Source: an uncultured Bacteroidia bacterium | Lineage (GTDB): Bacteria > Bacteroidota > Bacteroidia > NS11-12g > UBA955 | Assembly (NCBI GenBank): GCA_943788195.1 | Contig: CALSPH010000001.1 | Coordinates: 1,187,595-1,251,594 of the forward strand | DNA: 64,000 nt | Reading direction: 5' to 3' | Shown: positions 26,956 through 38,400 of the stretch, piece by piece | How positions within the stretch are numbered: position 1 is the first letter of the stretch | How the letters are laid out: each line of letters opens with the position of its first letter | Translations under genes and position numbers: made by a program | Notes under the pieces: generated by a model | Databases searched by the model: none | Told to the model about the DNA's origin: nothing | The model's input: only the letters and a program-made list of their open reading frames with translations

Positions 26956-28022
26956 TTTAACGTATGAATAATGGATTCTAATGTACGCAAATACCTCGAC
27001 TTTGATTTGCCTTCATCCTTGCGCACATCAACATTCGGAAAGTACACAAGCCCTTCTAAACTAATCCAATTTTTACTGGGCTCGTGATATACCACATAAC
27101 GCGTAAATGGACCTCCTCTAAATAATCCTTCAATAACCCACCAGCCATTAATCTTGACTCCTTCATGATCATTGATTGAATATGTAGTGTCTTTATGATC
27201 AAAAAGATTACTGGTACCTAGATAGAAAATCCCAATGGTATCCATTTGCAGATGGTTCTTCCCTTGCGCATTTCGCAATCTTAAAATGCTTTCTTTATTA
27301 ATCGGCTGTTCTATTTCTGACCCTAAAATTCCAATCAGTATATTGCAGTTTGCATCTCCCTCTTGCCAATTCAATGAGTAGAAACTGTCTTTTTGGATGT
27401 CAATTTCAGTGAATTTGGGGAATTCCATTTCGATATTAAAGCGTTCAGCTAATATTTTGGAAAGAGGATGTTTATTGGACCCCACCCTTGACCCAAAATT
27501 GTTGAGTTCAGAGGTATAGATTAAATTTCGTATGGAATCAGAATGGTCTTTAAGGTAAAGTCGTATAGCCTCTGGAGTCGTACCAAAAATGTAGAATACA
27601 CTTTGATTTTTCGCCCAAACATTGTTGAATTGATGAATACTCACACCAGGAAGTGCACTCAAACTGTCAAATTTGGCCTGCCCAATACCAAATCCCAAAG
27701 AAGTCATTTCTTGTTTATTACTTTCAGTGATTACGAAAACCTGGGTTTGATATTCTAGGTAACTCCCTTTTAATCCTTCCATACTGATAAAGTTTATTCT
27801 GAAGAAAGGTTCATTTGGGATTAAGTATTCCTGAGGAGTAGCTAGGTGGTATTTAAATCCATCACGTAAATACTTGTAGGTCTCAAGGTCAGTGGTGATA
27901 TTTAGTTCTCCAGCAAAACCGAGTGATTGGTTGATAGCAACAGGTCGGTCATTTGTGTTATCACAGCCAAGGAAACTAAAGATAAGAAGTAGGAGTAGAT
28001 ATAGTATGTTGTTTTTTCTCAT
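26952..28022 (-). CDS. Hypothetical lipoprotein, likely a DUF4837-type Bacteroidota protein
   Basis: The lipoprotein signal MRKNNILYLLLLLIFSFLGC begins at 28022. The upstream ORF extension to 28154 would overlap the next gene by 125 bp, so it is discarded. A 4-bp overlap with purN makes it operonic. Confidence 0.55.
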   Translation of the reverse strand: MRKNNILYLLLLLIFSFLGCDNTNDRPVAINQSLGFAGELNITTDLETYKYLRDGFKYHLATPQEYLIPNEPFFRINFISMEGLKGSYLEYQTQVFVITESNKQEMTSLGFGIGQAKFDSLSALPGVSIHQFNNVWAKNQSVFYIFGTTPEAIRLYLKDHSDSIRNLIYTSELNNFGSRVGSNKHPLSKILAERFNIEMEFPKFTEIDIQKDSFYSLNWQEGDANCNILIGILGSEIEQPINKESILRLRNAQGKNHLQMDTIGIFYLGTSNLFDHKDTTYSINDHEGVKINGWWVIEGLFRGGPFTRYVVYHEPSKNWISLEGLVYFPNVDVRKDEGKSKSRYLRTLESIIHTLK

Positions 28023-28029
28023 GTATAAC

Positions 28030-29298
28030 CTATACTTTGCGTTTGATAAGTATGCGTTCTCCAACTTGTAAATTACTGGTTGTTCTATGATTCCAGCGCT
28101 TAATATCACCAACAGAAACCCTATATTTTCTAGCGAGATAATACAAGGTTTCACCCCGTTTTACCTTGTGATAGAAGTTCTTACTTTCCGCTTTTTTCTT
28201 TATCGCCAAGTCCTTTAATAAGGAGTCATTTCTTACTGGATCAAAAGAATCCAGGATCAGGGGATAAGGATTTTTACTGAAATAATAAATGCTGTCTTGC
28301 TTTTCCAAAAAGGTCATCGCTACTTGATAGGGCAGTAGTAACTGATAGATATGATCTTTATCACCACTAAGTTTATTATATCTAAATTGTGCATTCAATA
28401 AACTAAGTTCTGATTGCGGTAATCCAGTATATCTACATAATTCTTCAAATTCGAGTGTATCATTAATAGCAATTGGACAATAAACAGAATATTCTGTTTC
28501 AGAAGATTGAGTGATGTTATTGCTAAAATTCATCAAATATACCGCTGCTATGAATCGAGGTACATAATTCTGTGTTTCTCTCGGTAGATATTTTTTAATA
28601 TACCAAAAGTCGCCTACTCCTCCAGCAGCTGAAATTGCTTTACGTACATTTCCAGGACCTGCATTGTAAGCCGCGATCGCAAGTAACCAATCGTCAAACA
28701 TGTTATACAATGTTTTAAAGTAATCTGCTGCACTTTCGGTACTTTTAATAATGCTTTTACGGTCATCTATTCGGTAATTGATGGTCATATCTAGGTACCG
28801 TCCTGTGCCTGGCATAAATTGCCATAGACCCATTGCACCTGCTCTGCTTCTTGCAGTAGGATTTAATGCAGATTCTATAATACTGATATACTTCAGCTCT
28901 TGCGGAACACCTTTCCGGTCTAAGGTTTGCTCAAAAATGGGGAAGTATTTACTCTTATTGGCATAAGCTCTGCGTAGAAAAGCACCATTTGCATAGCTAA
29001 AATATTGCATTTGACCATTTACATACTCATTGTAGGTAAAGTTTATTTCACTGCCCAAGGTTTGCATTTGATGTTCAAAAAATACCTGATCACTTTGACA
29101 GAACCCTTCTATACATAGGTTATTGCATTCTTTTTTTGGCGCTTCTTTCATAAAGCTAAGCGTTAAACTGTCAATGCGCTTTAACGAATTGGTTATTTGT
29201 GCTTGCGAATAACCGAAGTAAAAAACTCCGATGAGCAAAAGAAAGGGTTTAAGTTGAGTGTATTTAATCAAAATTTCAAGCAAATCTAATGAATACAA
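28030..29298 (-). CDS. Membrane-bound lytic murein transglycosylase (SLT domain) with a C-terminal LysM domain (MltD-like)
   Basis: SLT catalytic region ...ESALNPTARSRAGAMGLWQFMPGTGR... The C-terminal LysM is YHKVKRGETLYYLARKYRVSVGDIKRWN. Confidence 0.8.
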   Translation of the reverse strand: MYSLDLLEILIKYTQLKPFLLLIGVFYFGYSQAQITNSLKRIDSLTLSFMKEAPKKECNNLCIEGFCQSDQVFFEHQMQTLGSEINFTYNEYVNGQMQYFSYANGAFLRRAYANKSKYFPIFEQTLDRKGVPQELKYISIIESALNPTARSRAGAMGLWQFMPGTGRYLDMTINYRIDDRKSIIKSTESAADYFKTLYNMFDDWLLAIAAYNAGPGNVRKAISAAGGVGDFWYIKKYLPRETQNYVPRFIAAVYLMNFSNNITQSSETEYSVYCPIAINDTLEFEELCRYTGLPQSELSLLNAQFRYNKLSGDKDHIYQLLLPYQVAMTFLEKQDSIYYFSKNPYPLILDSFDPVRNDSLLKDLAIKKKAESKNFYHKVKRGETLYYLARKYRVSVGDIKRWNHRTTSNLQVGERILIKRKV

Positions 29299-29443
29299 CG
29301 GGTAGTAAGGAGTATTATTTTGGTCATTTCTTCTAATAGTCCAATAATTTGGTCTAAATATGGGTGATTCTTATTTAATCCAAGATTAAATACATTTTTG
29401 TGATACTGATTATTTAAATTTGTAAGAGACCAACCAATAAATA

Positions 29444-30661
29444 ATGCCTAAAAAAGAAGTTTCTCCAATAGAAAAATTGGTCCATGAAGCTGCTCTTCAG
29501 ACACAAGAGCAGCTTGTTCAAGTGCAACATAAACAGCATAGTCTTTTTATAGGAATACCGAAAGAAATTACGATGCAGGAGAATAGGGTTCCATTAAGCC
29601 CTTCGTCTGTATCATTCTTAGTAAACAATGGTCATCGAATAATAATTGAAACAAAGGCAGGTTCAAATGCCAATTTTTCCGATACCGAATATAGTGAAGC
29701 GGGTGCTCAAATTGCTTATAGTCCTGAGGAAGTCTATGCCGCTGATATTCTTTTGAAAATTGATCCACCCACTTTAGGTGAGGTTGATATGATGAAGCCA
29801 CAACAGCTGCTTATATCAGCTTTGCAATTGAATAATTTGGATGAGTTGATTATTCGAAAACTAATCGCTAAGAAGGTACATGCATTGGCCTATGAATATT
29901 TAGAGGACAATTCAGGTTCGCTCCCAATTATTCGTGCGATGAGTGAAATTGCAGGGCATGCCTCTATTCTCATAGCGGCTGACTATTTAACTAACTCACA
30001 TATTGGTAAGGGGGAGTTGTTGGGAGGTTTTGCAGGCATTCCGCCCACGCAAATTGTGATCATAGGTGCAGGATCTGTTGGCGAATACGCAGCAAAAGCG
30101 GCCATTGGCCTTGGGGCAAATGTAAAAGTATTCGATAGTAGTCCTTATCGCCTCAGGCGAATACAATCGAATATTGGACAAAGAATATATACGAGTACTA
30201 TTCACCCCAACGCCCTCAGAAAAGCATTAATGGTGGCCGATGTGGCAATAGGAGCATTACGCAGCGATAAGGATCGGGCACCTTGTGTGGTGACCGAAGA
30301 AATGGTTATGCAAATGAAACCGAAATCTGTAATCATCGATGTTTCTGCGGATAAAGGCGGTGTGTTTGAAACCACACGAATCACCAATCATGAGAAACCG
30401 ATTTACAAAGAACATGATGTCATTCATTTTGCAGTGCCTAATATTCCAAGCAGAGTTTCACGAACTGCGAGTTATGCATTAAGTAATATTTTCACTCCGA
30501 TACTAATGGATATTTGCGATTATGGATCATATTCTGAGTATATCCGACATAATTGTGGAAGTAAAGCGGGCACTTACCTATTAAATGGTACCCTGACCAA
30601 CTCAATTCTGGGCGAGAAATATAAACTAACATCAAAGAATATCGATTTTTTGTTGCTTTAA
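29444..30661 (+). CDS. ald: Alanine dehydrogenase (AlaDH/PNT family NAD-dependent dehydrogenase)
   Basis: 405 aa. N-domain GIPKEI..ENRVPLSP. Rossmann fold VIIGAGSVGEYAAKAAIGLGANVKVFD. No C-terminal TM segments, which argues against PntA. Confidence 0.7.
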   Translation: MPKKEVSPIEKLVHEAALQTQEQLVQVQHKQHSLFIGIPKEITMQENRVPLSPSSVSFLVNNGHRIIIETKAGSNANFSDTEYSEAGAQIAYSPEEVYAADILLKIDPPTLGEVDMMKPQQLLISALQLNNLDELIIRKLIAKKVHALAYEYLEDNSGSLPIIRAMSEIAGHASILIAADYLTNSHIGKGELLGGFAGIPPTQIVIIGAGSVGEYAAKAAIGLGANVKVFDSSPYRLRRIQSNIGQRIYTSTIHPNALRKALMVADVAIGALRSDKDRAPCVVTEEMVMQMKPKSVIIDVSADKGGVFETTRITNHEKPIYKEHDVIHFAVPNIPSRVSRTASYALSNIFTPILMDICDYGSYSEYIRHNCGSKAGTYLLNGTLTNSILGEKYKLTSKNIDFLLL

Positions 30662-30719
30662 GTCCTTATTATCAGGTATAAATCACCGTTAATTTCCAAA
30701 AATTTGTATCTTTCCGCTT

Positions 30720-31283
30720 ATGGATTGGTTCAGTGGTGCAGACACATTTGAGAAGGTTTTTTGGGTTATAACAATCGCAGCATCTTTATTCTTTTTGGTT
30801 CAATTGGTTTTAACATTTATTGGGGCAGATATGGACACAGATGTTGATATTGATACCGAGTTTGATGGGGATACAGGTATTGGCTTTCAATTTTTTACGC
30901 TAAAGAATTTAGTCGCATTTTTTACCCTATTTGGCTGGGTTGGATTAGCCTGCATTAATGCTGAATTATCCAAAATCATGACGCTCATTTGGGCAACCCT
31001 TTCGGGTTTCGCAATAATGGCGGTTATGGCTGCTATATATTACTACTCGTCTAAGTTGAATCACAGTGGCACCTTGGTATTAGGCAATGCAATTGGGTCC
31101 CTAGGTGAAGTGTATTTAACGATACCTCCGAATAAGGGTGGACATGGTAAAGTACACGTGAAAATCCAAGGTGCGTTGAGGGAACTGGATGCACTTACCA
31201 ATGACGATACAGCAATTCCCACCGGTAGCATAATCGAGGTAACCGAAATTAATAACTTGACACTAATCGTAACTAAAAAATAA
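30720..31283 (+). CDS. YqiJ/NfeD-like membrane protein with a C-terminal OB-fold (flotillin-associated)
   Basis: 187 aa with 3-4 TM segments, then the soluble domain GEVYLTIPPNKGGHGKVHVKIQGALRELDALT. It lies immediately upstream of a flotillin gene, the same pairing as E. coli yqiJ-yqiK. Confidence 0.6.
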   Translation: MDWFSGADTFEKVFWVITIAASLFFLVQLVLTFIGADMDTDVDIDTEFDGDTGIGFQFFTLKNLVAFFTLFGWVGLACINAELSKIMTLIWATLSGFAIMAVMAAIYYYSSKLNHSGTLVLGNAIGSLGEVYLTIPPNKGGHGKVHVKIQGALRELDALTNDDTAIPTGSIIEVTEINNLTLIVTKK

Positions 31284-31286
31284 AGA

Positions 31287-32714
31287 ATGAGCTTTGAAGT
31301 AATTATACCAATTGTTATTGTCCTTTTTCTATTCATTGTTATTGTAACAATTATTCGAAGGATAAAAAGATGTCCATCTGATCGAATACTTGTAGTATAT
31401 GGAAAGGTGGGTAAAAACACCGATGATCAATCAAGTTTATCCGCCAAGTGTATTCATGGTGGGGCCGCTTTTGTTTGGCCTGTAATTCAGGATTATGAAT
31501 TTTTGGATTTAACACCACAGTCCATTGAAGTAAATCTTACCAATGCGCTGAGTAGACAAAATATTCGAGTAGATGTTCCATCCCGATTTACCATTGGGAT
31601 ATCCACCGAGCCGGGTATTATGGAAAATGCCGCGGAGCGTTTGTTGGGATTGGGTACAGAACAAGTACATGATTTGGCTTTAGATATTATATTTGGTCAA
31701 TTGCGTTTAGTTGTGGCAACCATGGATATTGAGGAGATCAATAATAACCGTGATAAATTTCTTTCTAACGTTAGCTCTAATGTTGAGCAAGAGTTAAAAA
31801 AGGTTGGTCTGAAATTAATAAACGTAAACCTTACCGATATTAGGGACGAGTCTGGCTATATTGAGGCTTTAGGGAAAGAGGCTGCAGCCAAGGCAATAAA
31901 CGATGCTAAAAAAAGTGTTGCAGAAATGAATAGAGATGGTTCAATTGGCGAGGCCATTGCGGTGCAAGATCAACGTGTAAAAGTTTCTGATGCCAATGCA
32001 AGCGCAGTAGAAGGGGAGAACTTAGCAAAAGTAAAAGTAGCCAATTCTGATGCCCTTAGAAGACAGCGAGAAGCAGAGGCAGAACGAATGGCGATTGCTT
32101 CTGAGAAAGTGCAAACAGCAAAAGCTTTGGAAGAATCTTATGCGGCAGAGAAAGAAGCTGAAGTAGCAAGAGCAATGAGGGAAAGAAGTACGCAACAAGC
32201 GGATATTATTATTCCTTCTGAAATTGCCAAACAACGTGTCGAGATTGAGGCAGAAGCAAAAGCAGAGCAAATTCGTAGAGTGGCAAAAGGTGAAGCTGAT
32301 GCAATATTTTTAAAGAAAGAAGCAGAAGCAAAAGGTTTATTTGAAATACTAACGAAGCAGGCTCAAGGTTTTAAAGATTTGGTCGCTTCCGCAGGTAATG
32401 ATCCACGGGATGCAGTTGTTTTATTGATTGCGGATAAATTGACTGATCTTGTAGAGTTACAAGCTAAAGCAATTAGCAATATCAAGATAGACAAGGTTAC
32501 CGTTTGGGATGGCGGAAATAATACGGAAGGAAAGAATTCTACATCTAACTTCCTTTCAGGCATGTATAAATCCGTTCCACCATTGGAGGACATCTTTAAT
32601 ATGGCGGGTATGCAATTGCCTGGTTACTTAAAAGGGAAGTCTGTTGAAGAAGCACGCGAAATCATTGAAGATAAAAAGGATGATCCTGCAAAAAAAGTGG
32701 AAAAGGATACTTAA
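31287..32714 (+). CDS. Flotillin-like SPFH/Band-7 protein (YqiK/FloA-type)
   Basis: 475 aa with an N-terminal TM segment, an SPFH domain, then a long Ala/Glu-rich coiled coil (EAEAERMAIASEKVQTAKALEE...). Confidence 0.8.
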   Translation: MSFEVIIPIVIVLFLFIVIVTIIRRIKRCPSDRILVVYGKVGKNTDDQSSLSAKCIHGGAAFVWPVIQDYEFLDLTPQSIEVNLTNALSRQNIRVDVPSRFTIGISTEPGIMENAAERLLGLGTEQVHDLALDIIFGQLRLVVATMDIEEINNNRDKFLSNVSSNVEQELKKVGLKLINVNLTDIRDESGYIEALGKEAAAKAINDAKKSVAEMNRDGSIGEAIAVQDQRVKVSDANASAVEGENLAKVKVANSDALRRQREAEAERMAIASEKVQTAKALEESYAAEKEAEVARAMRERSTQQADIIIPSEIAKQRVEIEAEAKAEQIRRVAKGEADAIFLKKEAEAKGLFEILTKQAQGFKDLVASAGNDPRDAVVLLIADKLTDLVELQAKAISNIKIDKVTVWDGGNNTEGKNSTSNFLSGMYKSVPPLEDIFNMAGMQLPGYLKGKSVEEAREIIEDKKDDPAKKVEKDT

Positions 32715-32753
32715 TTTAGGGCATACAGAATTGGGCTTAGATTTGCTTAAAAC

Positions 32754-33287
32754 TTGAATTTTATAAAAGTTATATCAACAGTTTTATTGATTCTATTGCT
32801 GGTGTTCGCATCAGTAAATGCGTTCATTCCTGCTTCGTTTAAAGTGGAGAGGTACGTTGAACTTGAATTGAGTGAAAAGCAACTCTATAATTACGTACGA
32901 GACCTTAATCATTTTAAGTCATGGAACCCTTGGTTTAATCTTGAAAATGCCGTTACTGAATTGCAGGGGCAAATAGGAGAGAAAGGCTCAGTCTTAATGA
33001 TAACTGAGGGTAATTTGGATAGTCGCATTGAGCTGGCCTATTTAAAACCCACAAATGACGTAAGATTCGCGCTTGATTTACCTTCTCATCAATCTGTTGA
33101 ATCACTTTACTTTTTAATTGAAAGGCAGGAAAATGGTGCCGCAAAAATTGTGGCAGGTCTTAAAGGGAAACGAAGTTTTCCATTTCGAATTCTTAATTTG
33201 ATGATGAATAAAGGTGTTGGACCACAGTTAGAAATGATCCTGAATAAAATCAATATTGATCTCTTGCGCGCAGCAGGAGAAGAATAG
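32754..33287 (+). CDS. SRPBCC (Bet v1/START-like) domain protein with a signal/TM anchor
   Basis: 177 aa. Size and secondary-structure pattern fit SRPBCC. Weak call. Confidence 0.35.
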   Translation: MNFIKVISTVLLILLLVFASVNAFIPASFKVERYVELELSEKQLYNYVRDLNHFKSWNPWFNLENAVTELQGQIGEKGSVLMITEGNLDSRIELAYLKPTNDVRFALDLPSHQSVESLYFLIERQENGAAKIVAGLKGKRSFPFRILNLMMNKGVGPQLEMILNKINIDLLRAAGEE

Positions 33288-33336
33288 AAAACGCTTTACG
33301 CTATCAACTTCATTTATTACCTCTACTGAATAGCAT

Positions 33337-34014
33337 TTAAAGAAAATAGATATACGCGCGAAGCAATCCAAAAAATACGATTTGAATGCATAAAACATAA
33401 ATCGCAATAGGGTTTTGAATTTTCTTCTCAATGTTGCAGTACAAAAGCTGTATAAAAAAGGAGGCAACAAACCATGCTAAATAATTTTGCATTGGAATCA
33501 CATTGCGTTTCCATTGCCACATATCCATAAATTGTGCAACAGGTTCAAGAATAAAATCAAAACCCACCATGAGCAAGGCTGATACTAGGGCAATCACAAG
33601 AATATTTTTACTTATTTTTTGAGCCAATATACGGGTAGTATAGATAAGAATAAACCAATTAATACCCATGGCTAGCGGAACAGCAAATACATGGAAGCCT
33701 AAGGTATCCCCGTATGCATATGCTCCAAATAAAACTTGTGTTTTTACACCGAGCACTTCAATAAAGAATCCCAAGGAGGCAACAACAACGAGACCAATAA
33801 AACTATTGAATGTGAGTTTCTTATGCAATGCGATCAGGATGAATAAACTCACCAATAGATTGACAGGAGTTAACGATAGGGTTAAAGCCCGAGTAGCCGG
33901 AATGGTTATTCCTACAATTCCAACGGTGTAGATGATCAGAAGAAGCAGTATGGCTTTGTTTTTGGTCATGCTTCTGGTATCATTTCTGAGGTTATCTTGG
34001 CGCTGAGAAGGCAT
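33337..34014 (-). CDS. Polytopic membrane protein, putative carotenoid-biosynthesis protein (DUF422-like)
   Basis: 225 aa with ~6 TM segments. Its start overlaps the upstream phytoene-desaturase-family gene by 49 bp. The family assignment is by context and composition only. Confidence 0.35.
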   Translation of the reverse strand: MPSQRQDNLRNDTRSMTKNKAILLLLIIYTVGIVGITIPATRALTLSLTPVNLLVSLFILIALHKKLTFNSFIGLVVVASLGFFIEVLGVKTQVLFGAYAYGDTLGFHVFAVPLAMGINWFILIYTTRILAQKISKNILVIALVSALLMVGFDFILEPVAQFMDMWQWKRNVIPMQNYLAWFVASFFIQLLYCNIEKKIQNPIAIYVLCIQIVFFGLLRAYIYFL

Positions 34015-35435
34015 AAAGGAATCCCTCCTCCCGGGTGAACGGACCCTCCAACGGCATATAAATTTTTTGCTATTTTCAATTGGTTGGATTGTCTGAAAAA
34101 TGCAGCCATAACATCATTACTGGCTGAACCATATAATGATCCAGAAAAAGAACCTGTTTTCATTTCAATATCCTTTGGAGTAAGAACATTTTCAGTCGCA
34201 ATATGTTTTTCAATATCCGTATTCAAACGATTATTTATAATCTGAATAACCCGCGCTCTAATTTCATCTTTGGATTGCTCCCAGTTGATATTAACATTAC
34301 TCGGCACATTAATCATAACAAACCAGTTTTCACATCCTATTGGAGCATCCGACTCATTGTACTTTGAACTGATATTTATGTAAACCGTAGGATCTTCCGG
34401 AATGCGCTTTTCATTCCAGATTTCTCTAAACTCTTGTTCGTAATCAGAGCTGAATAAAATATTATGCGCCTCTAACTGATTAAATTGAGCATTAATGCCC
34501 CAATAGAAGATGAAAGCACTGCTTGATCGTTCTTGGTTCTTTATTCGCTTAGGAATGCTGTGATTCGGCAATAAATGCATGTAGGTGGGGTGAATGTCCG
34601 CATTGGAAATTACAATGTCACCTTGAATCTCTTCCTGTTTCGTTTTGATGCCGGTGGCTCTCTTATTCTTTACTAGTATTTCAGAGACGCTCTGTTCAAA
34701 ATGAAATTGCACTCCCTCTTCTTTTGCGAGTTTAATCAAACTTTGTGTAATGGAGATCATTCCATCTTTCGGATAATATGCGCCTTCAAAGTGTTCCAGA
34801 TACGAGATTACATTGAGAGTGGCGGGTGCTTTGTATGGATTAGACCCGTTGTAGGTAGCATAGCGATTAAAATATTGCTCAGCCTTGGTATTAGACAAAT
34901 TCGAGTGGTTACTTCTAGCCATGTTACGTCCAATTCCCAAGTATGGCAACTGAAAAGCCCTAATAAGTGTATCTATTCTGAGATACGTACTTAGGCGATG
35001 TAAACTTTTTTTTAGAAAGAGGGGGTTGGTTACATCCCAAATATATTTAGAACGGGCTAAAAAACGTCTCAATGTACGAGGAGCAATACCAGTTTTGGAG
35101 GTAAACTCTTGAATAAATTTGGCCCGATCGGCATAGGCGGAAAGTTCAGTTTGGTCCGAGAAAAAATAATTGCAAGCAATATTCAGTGTATCATACTTAA
35201 AATAGACTTTCGGGTCTCGGTCATAAAGCCGAAATAAATCATCAATAAGATATGGCATCGTAAGTAATGAAGGACCTGCATCAAAACGGAACCCTTCGCT
35301 GGTGATTTCGCTTAACTTCCCTCCAGGGTATGCGTTTTTTTCAAAAACATGCACTTCATAGCCTTTTTTTCGGAGTCTAAGCGCAATGGCTATACCACCA
35401 ATACCTGCACCAACAACAATGGCTTTCTTACCCAT
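33966..35435 (-). CDS. Phytoene desaturase family FAD-dependent oxidoreductase (CrtI/CrtD-like)
   Basis: 489 aa. N-terminal dinucleotide-binding motif KKAIVVGAGIGGIAIALRLRKKGYEVHVFEKNAYPGGK and the C-terminal CrtI-family signature GGSVHPGGGIP. Confidence 0.75.
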   Translation of the reverse strand: MGKKAIVVGAGIGGIAIALRLRKKGYEVHVFEKNAYPGGKLSEITSEGFRFDAGPSLLTMPYLIDDLFRLYDRDPKVYFKYDTLNIACNYFFSDQTELSAYADRAKFIQEFTSKTGIAPRTLRRFLARSKYIWDVTNPLFLKKSLHRLSTYLRIDTLIRAFQLPYLGIGRNMARSNHSNLSNTKAEQYFNRYATYNGSNPYKAPATLNVISYLEHFEGAYYPKDGMISITQSLIKLAKEEGVQFHFEQSVSEILVKNKRATGIKTKQEEIQGDIVISNADIHPTYMHLLPNHSIPKRIKNQERSSSAFIFYWGINAQFNQLEAHNILFSSDYEQEFREIWNEKRIPEDPTVYINISSKYNESDAPIGCENWFVMINVPSNVNINWEQSKDEIRARVIQIINNRLNTDIEKHIATENVLTPKDIEMKTGSFSGSLYGSASNDVMAAFFRQSNQLKIAKNLYAVGGSVHPGGGIPLCLLSAKITSEMIPEA

Positions 35436-38400
35436 TATTCGCCTTTGCCAGGTGCTAGATTATTGATGTTGTTAAGCCGCGCGTTCCCTTTCTCGATAGC
35501 GGCTAGCTTTTCGCGTGCCTTACTTAATATACGTTCGTCATCAAAGTTTGCAAGGATGCTGTTCAATGTACTTTTAGCTGAAAACGCATCATCTTTTGCA
35601 ACATAGTAGTCACTTAATAGCAATAAGCTTTTTCCCAGCCAATAATCGTAACCACTAAACTTCTTGTTGAACTCAATGATGCCCTGTTTGCATTTATCTA
35701 GCTCACCTAATTCAAAATAACACCATGATTCAAGATATTTGCCTTCAGCTCCCAATATAGTTGTACTTCCGTCAATTACCTTTTTAAGCGTGGCTATAGC
35801 TGTATTCAGCAAACTGTCATTGATGTAACTTTTGGCAAGAACAAGGTTTGCTTCTTTTTTCATGTAAGTATTGGCTTCTACGTTAAACAACAATTGACTC
35901 GCTTTTGGTTTAGCCTTGGAGATATTGTTTGCCGCATGTAGAATACGTAATTGCTCATAAACCGCTTCTGCAAGATCTTTGTTATTTTTCACCAAAGCTT
36001 CCCATTTGCCATAATAGATAAAGGCCGTGTTGTCGTCTAGTTTTTCTTTGGATAGCTTTGCCGTTTTATAAATACTTCGTTCGGCAAAATCATTAATCCT
36101 CGCATCCGCAACAAATTTGTAATCCAAAATGGCTTCGCTTATTTTATTGATGGCCTCATAAGAGGTAGCCCGGTAATAATGACTTTCAATCTGAAATATT
36201 CCATTTTTATACTTATTCAAGTATTTAGAAAACTCGGTTACTGCTGATGCATAGTTGCTGCTTTGATATTTGTTTAAAGCTGCCCGATAAGCCAATGAGT
36301 CAAAGTAATATTGACCCTTGCTGTAATTTGGCACTGATTTAACATACACTTCATACTCATCTGTTTTCCCCTGGTTGGTGTATATGCTTTCGATTCGCTC
36401 TAAACTTGTTCTTGCTTCAAGGGTATTGGGGTAATTCTTTACCACATATTTAAACTTTAATAATGCTTGATTATCCTTGTTTTGATTGTAATAAATAATC
36501 CCAAGACTGTAATGACTTTTTCGTGCATAAATACTGCCTTTATAATCCTGAATAATGTATTGAAAATTGCGCTCTGCCTCACCATAAATCCCCAAGTTTA
36601 ATTGCTCTGAACCGGTTTCATATAATGCATCAGGAATGTAATACGATTTAGGAAATTCAGTAGGTATACGTTTGAGCGTAGCAATTTTCTGCTTGGGCTG
36701 TCCCAACAAACCAAAAATCAACCCTCTTTGGAATAAAGCATAATCTGCTCCCTTTACATTTCGAGATGAGATATATGCGTAATTATTCGAAGCGGCTTGG
36801 TAATACGTTTTGTTTTTTTCTTTGGCACCCATTACTAAGTAAGAATCTCCAATACGTAAAACGGCATCATTGAAAATACTGGGGTCTGGAGAAAAACTTG
36901 CACTTAGTGATTTGTACTTAGTGAAATTTTGAATCGCAAGACTGTAGTTCTTCTTCATGAAGTATGCATAACCTAAACCATAATGCGCCAGTGCACTGGT
37001 TTTACCTGAAGGTTTGGATGAGATGGTTTTATTGTAATAACTGATTGCAGAATTGTAGTCGTTATTTTGAAAATTACTCTCACCTAACCAATAGTATGCT
37101 TCAGAAACCAGTTTTTGATCAATTTTATAGGTGAGCGATTTAGTAAAATATAGTTCTGAGGATTTGTACTTCTTATCAGTGAATTGTTGCTTGCCCTCAA
37201 GCATACATAGTTTTTGATACGTTTCTTGAAGCTTGTTGTTTTTATTTTTAATTGATTCTAGGGTGCTTATCGCAGTCTTGTAATCTTTTGTTTGTAGGAA
37301 AATATCTGCTAAATGCCCTTTTACTTCTTCTGCGTTTTCACCTTCGGGGTACAACTCATTATACTTCTTAAAGTAGGTTAAGGCCGTGCTGGTTTTACCA
37401 TTTTCGCAGGTTAATTTGGCATAATTGAACATGGCCATTTCCTTAATCTTTTTATCGTAATCTGTACGTTGGGCTTCAAAAAAGGCACTCTCTGCTTTGT
37501 CTTTTTGATTTAACTGCACAAAACAGTCTCCTAAACTAAAAGAAGCGGCTTGGGCTACATCGTTTCCTTCATTACTAATCTCTTTGAAAAGAGGAATTGC
37601 TTTGCTGCAATTTCCTGTTTGGTAATACGTGTTGCCAATTTCGTAAATCTCTTCAGATTGTAGGCTGTCAATACTAAAATTAGATGATTGGAAATGGATG
37701 GCAGCTTGTTTGTAATTGTTTTTTCTATAATAGTTCTTGCCTTTTAGAAAGTCACGCTCTCTAACCACGCTTTGTGCCTTTACCTTTTCACAATAGGCAA
37801 GCGACTTATCATGTTCACCTTTGATATAATAGATTTGTGCTATATAGAGCATCATGGTATTTGGAATACCTGATTTTGTCTCAATTTTCTTGAATGTTTT
37901 TAGAGCCTCGTCATAATCCTCATTCATATAAGAAACATAACCATAATAGTAGTTGGCAAGCACGTAATATGCATTATCATCTTTTACCGTTAGGGGGTAG
38001 AGCTGTTTTTTGGCAGAAACATATTTTTTGGATTGGAATAATGCATAACCGTATTCAAATCGAAGTTTGTGTTCTTCTTCTTTGGTAATTCCATTCAGTT
38101 CCACTTCTTTAAAATAGCGTATCGATCTGCGGTATTTCTTTTTATCAAAGTAATAGTTGCCCATCAAGAGATAAGCCAGATTTAATTTACTAGAATATGG
38201 ATAATCTTCAATAAAATCCAACATTTGACGCTCAGCATTGCTGTGGGATAGCTTGAGTTTGCTTGCCGCGATATAGAAATTCGCGTCAGATTGCATCATT
38301 TTATCTTTCGATACTTTAATAAAATCCTTGAAAACCTCAATGGATGCGTTGTATTTTTCTTTGTCAAAGAGTTCCAGTGCTCTGGAATACAACTTGGATT

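Noticed and set aside
26952-28154. 400-aa version of the lipoprotein ORF starting at 28154
   Set aside because: The 44-codon N-terminal extension would overlap the upstream lytic transglycosylase gene by 125 bp and precedes an obvious lipoprotein signal (MRKNNILYLLLLLIFSFLGC). The internal start at 28022 is preferred.
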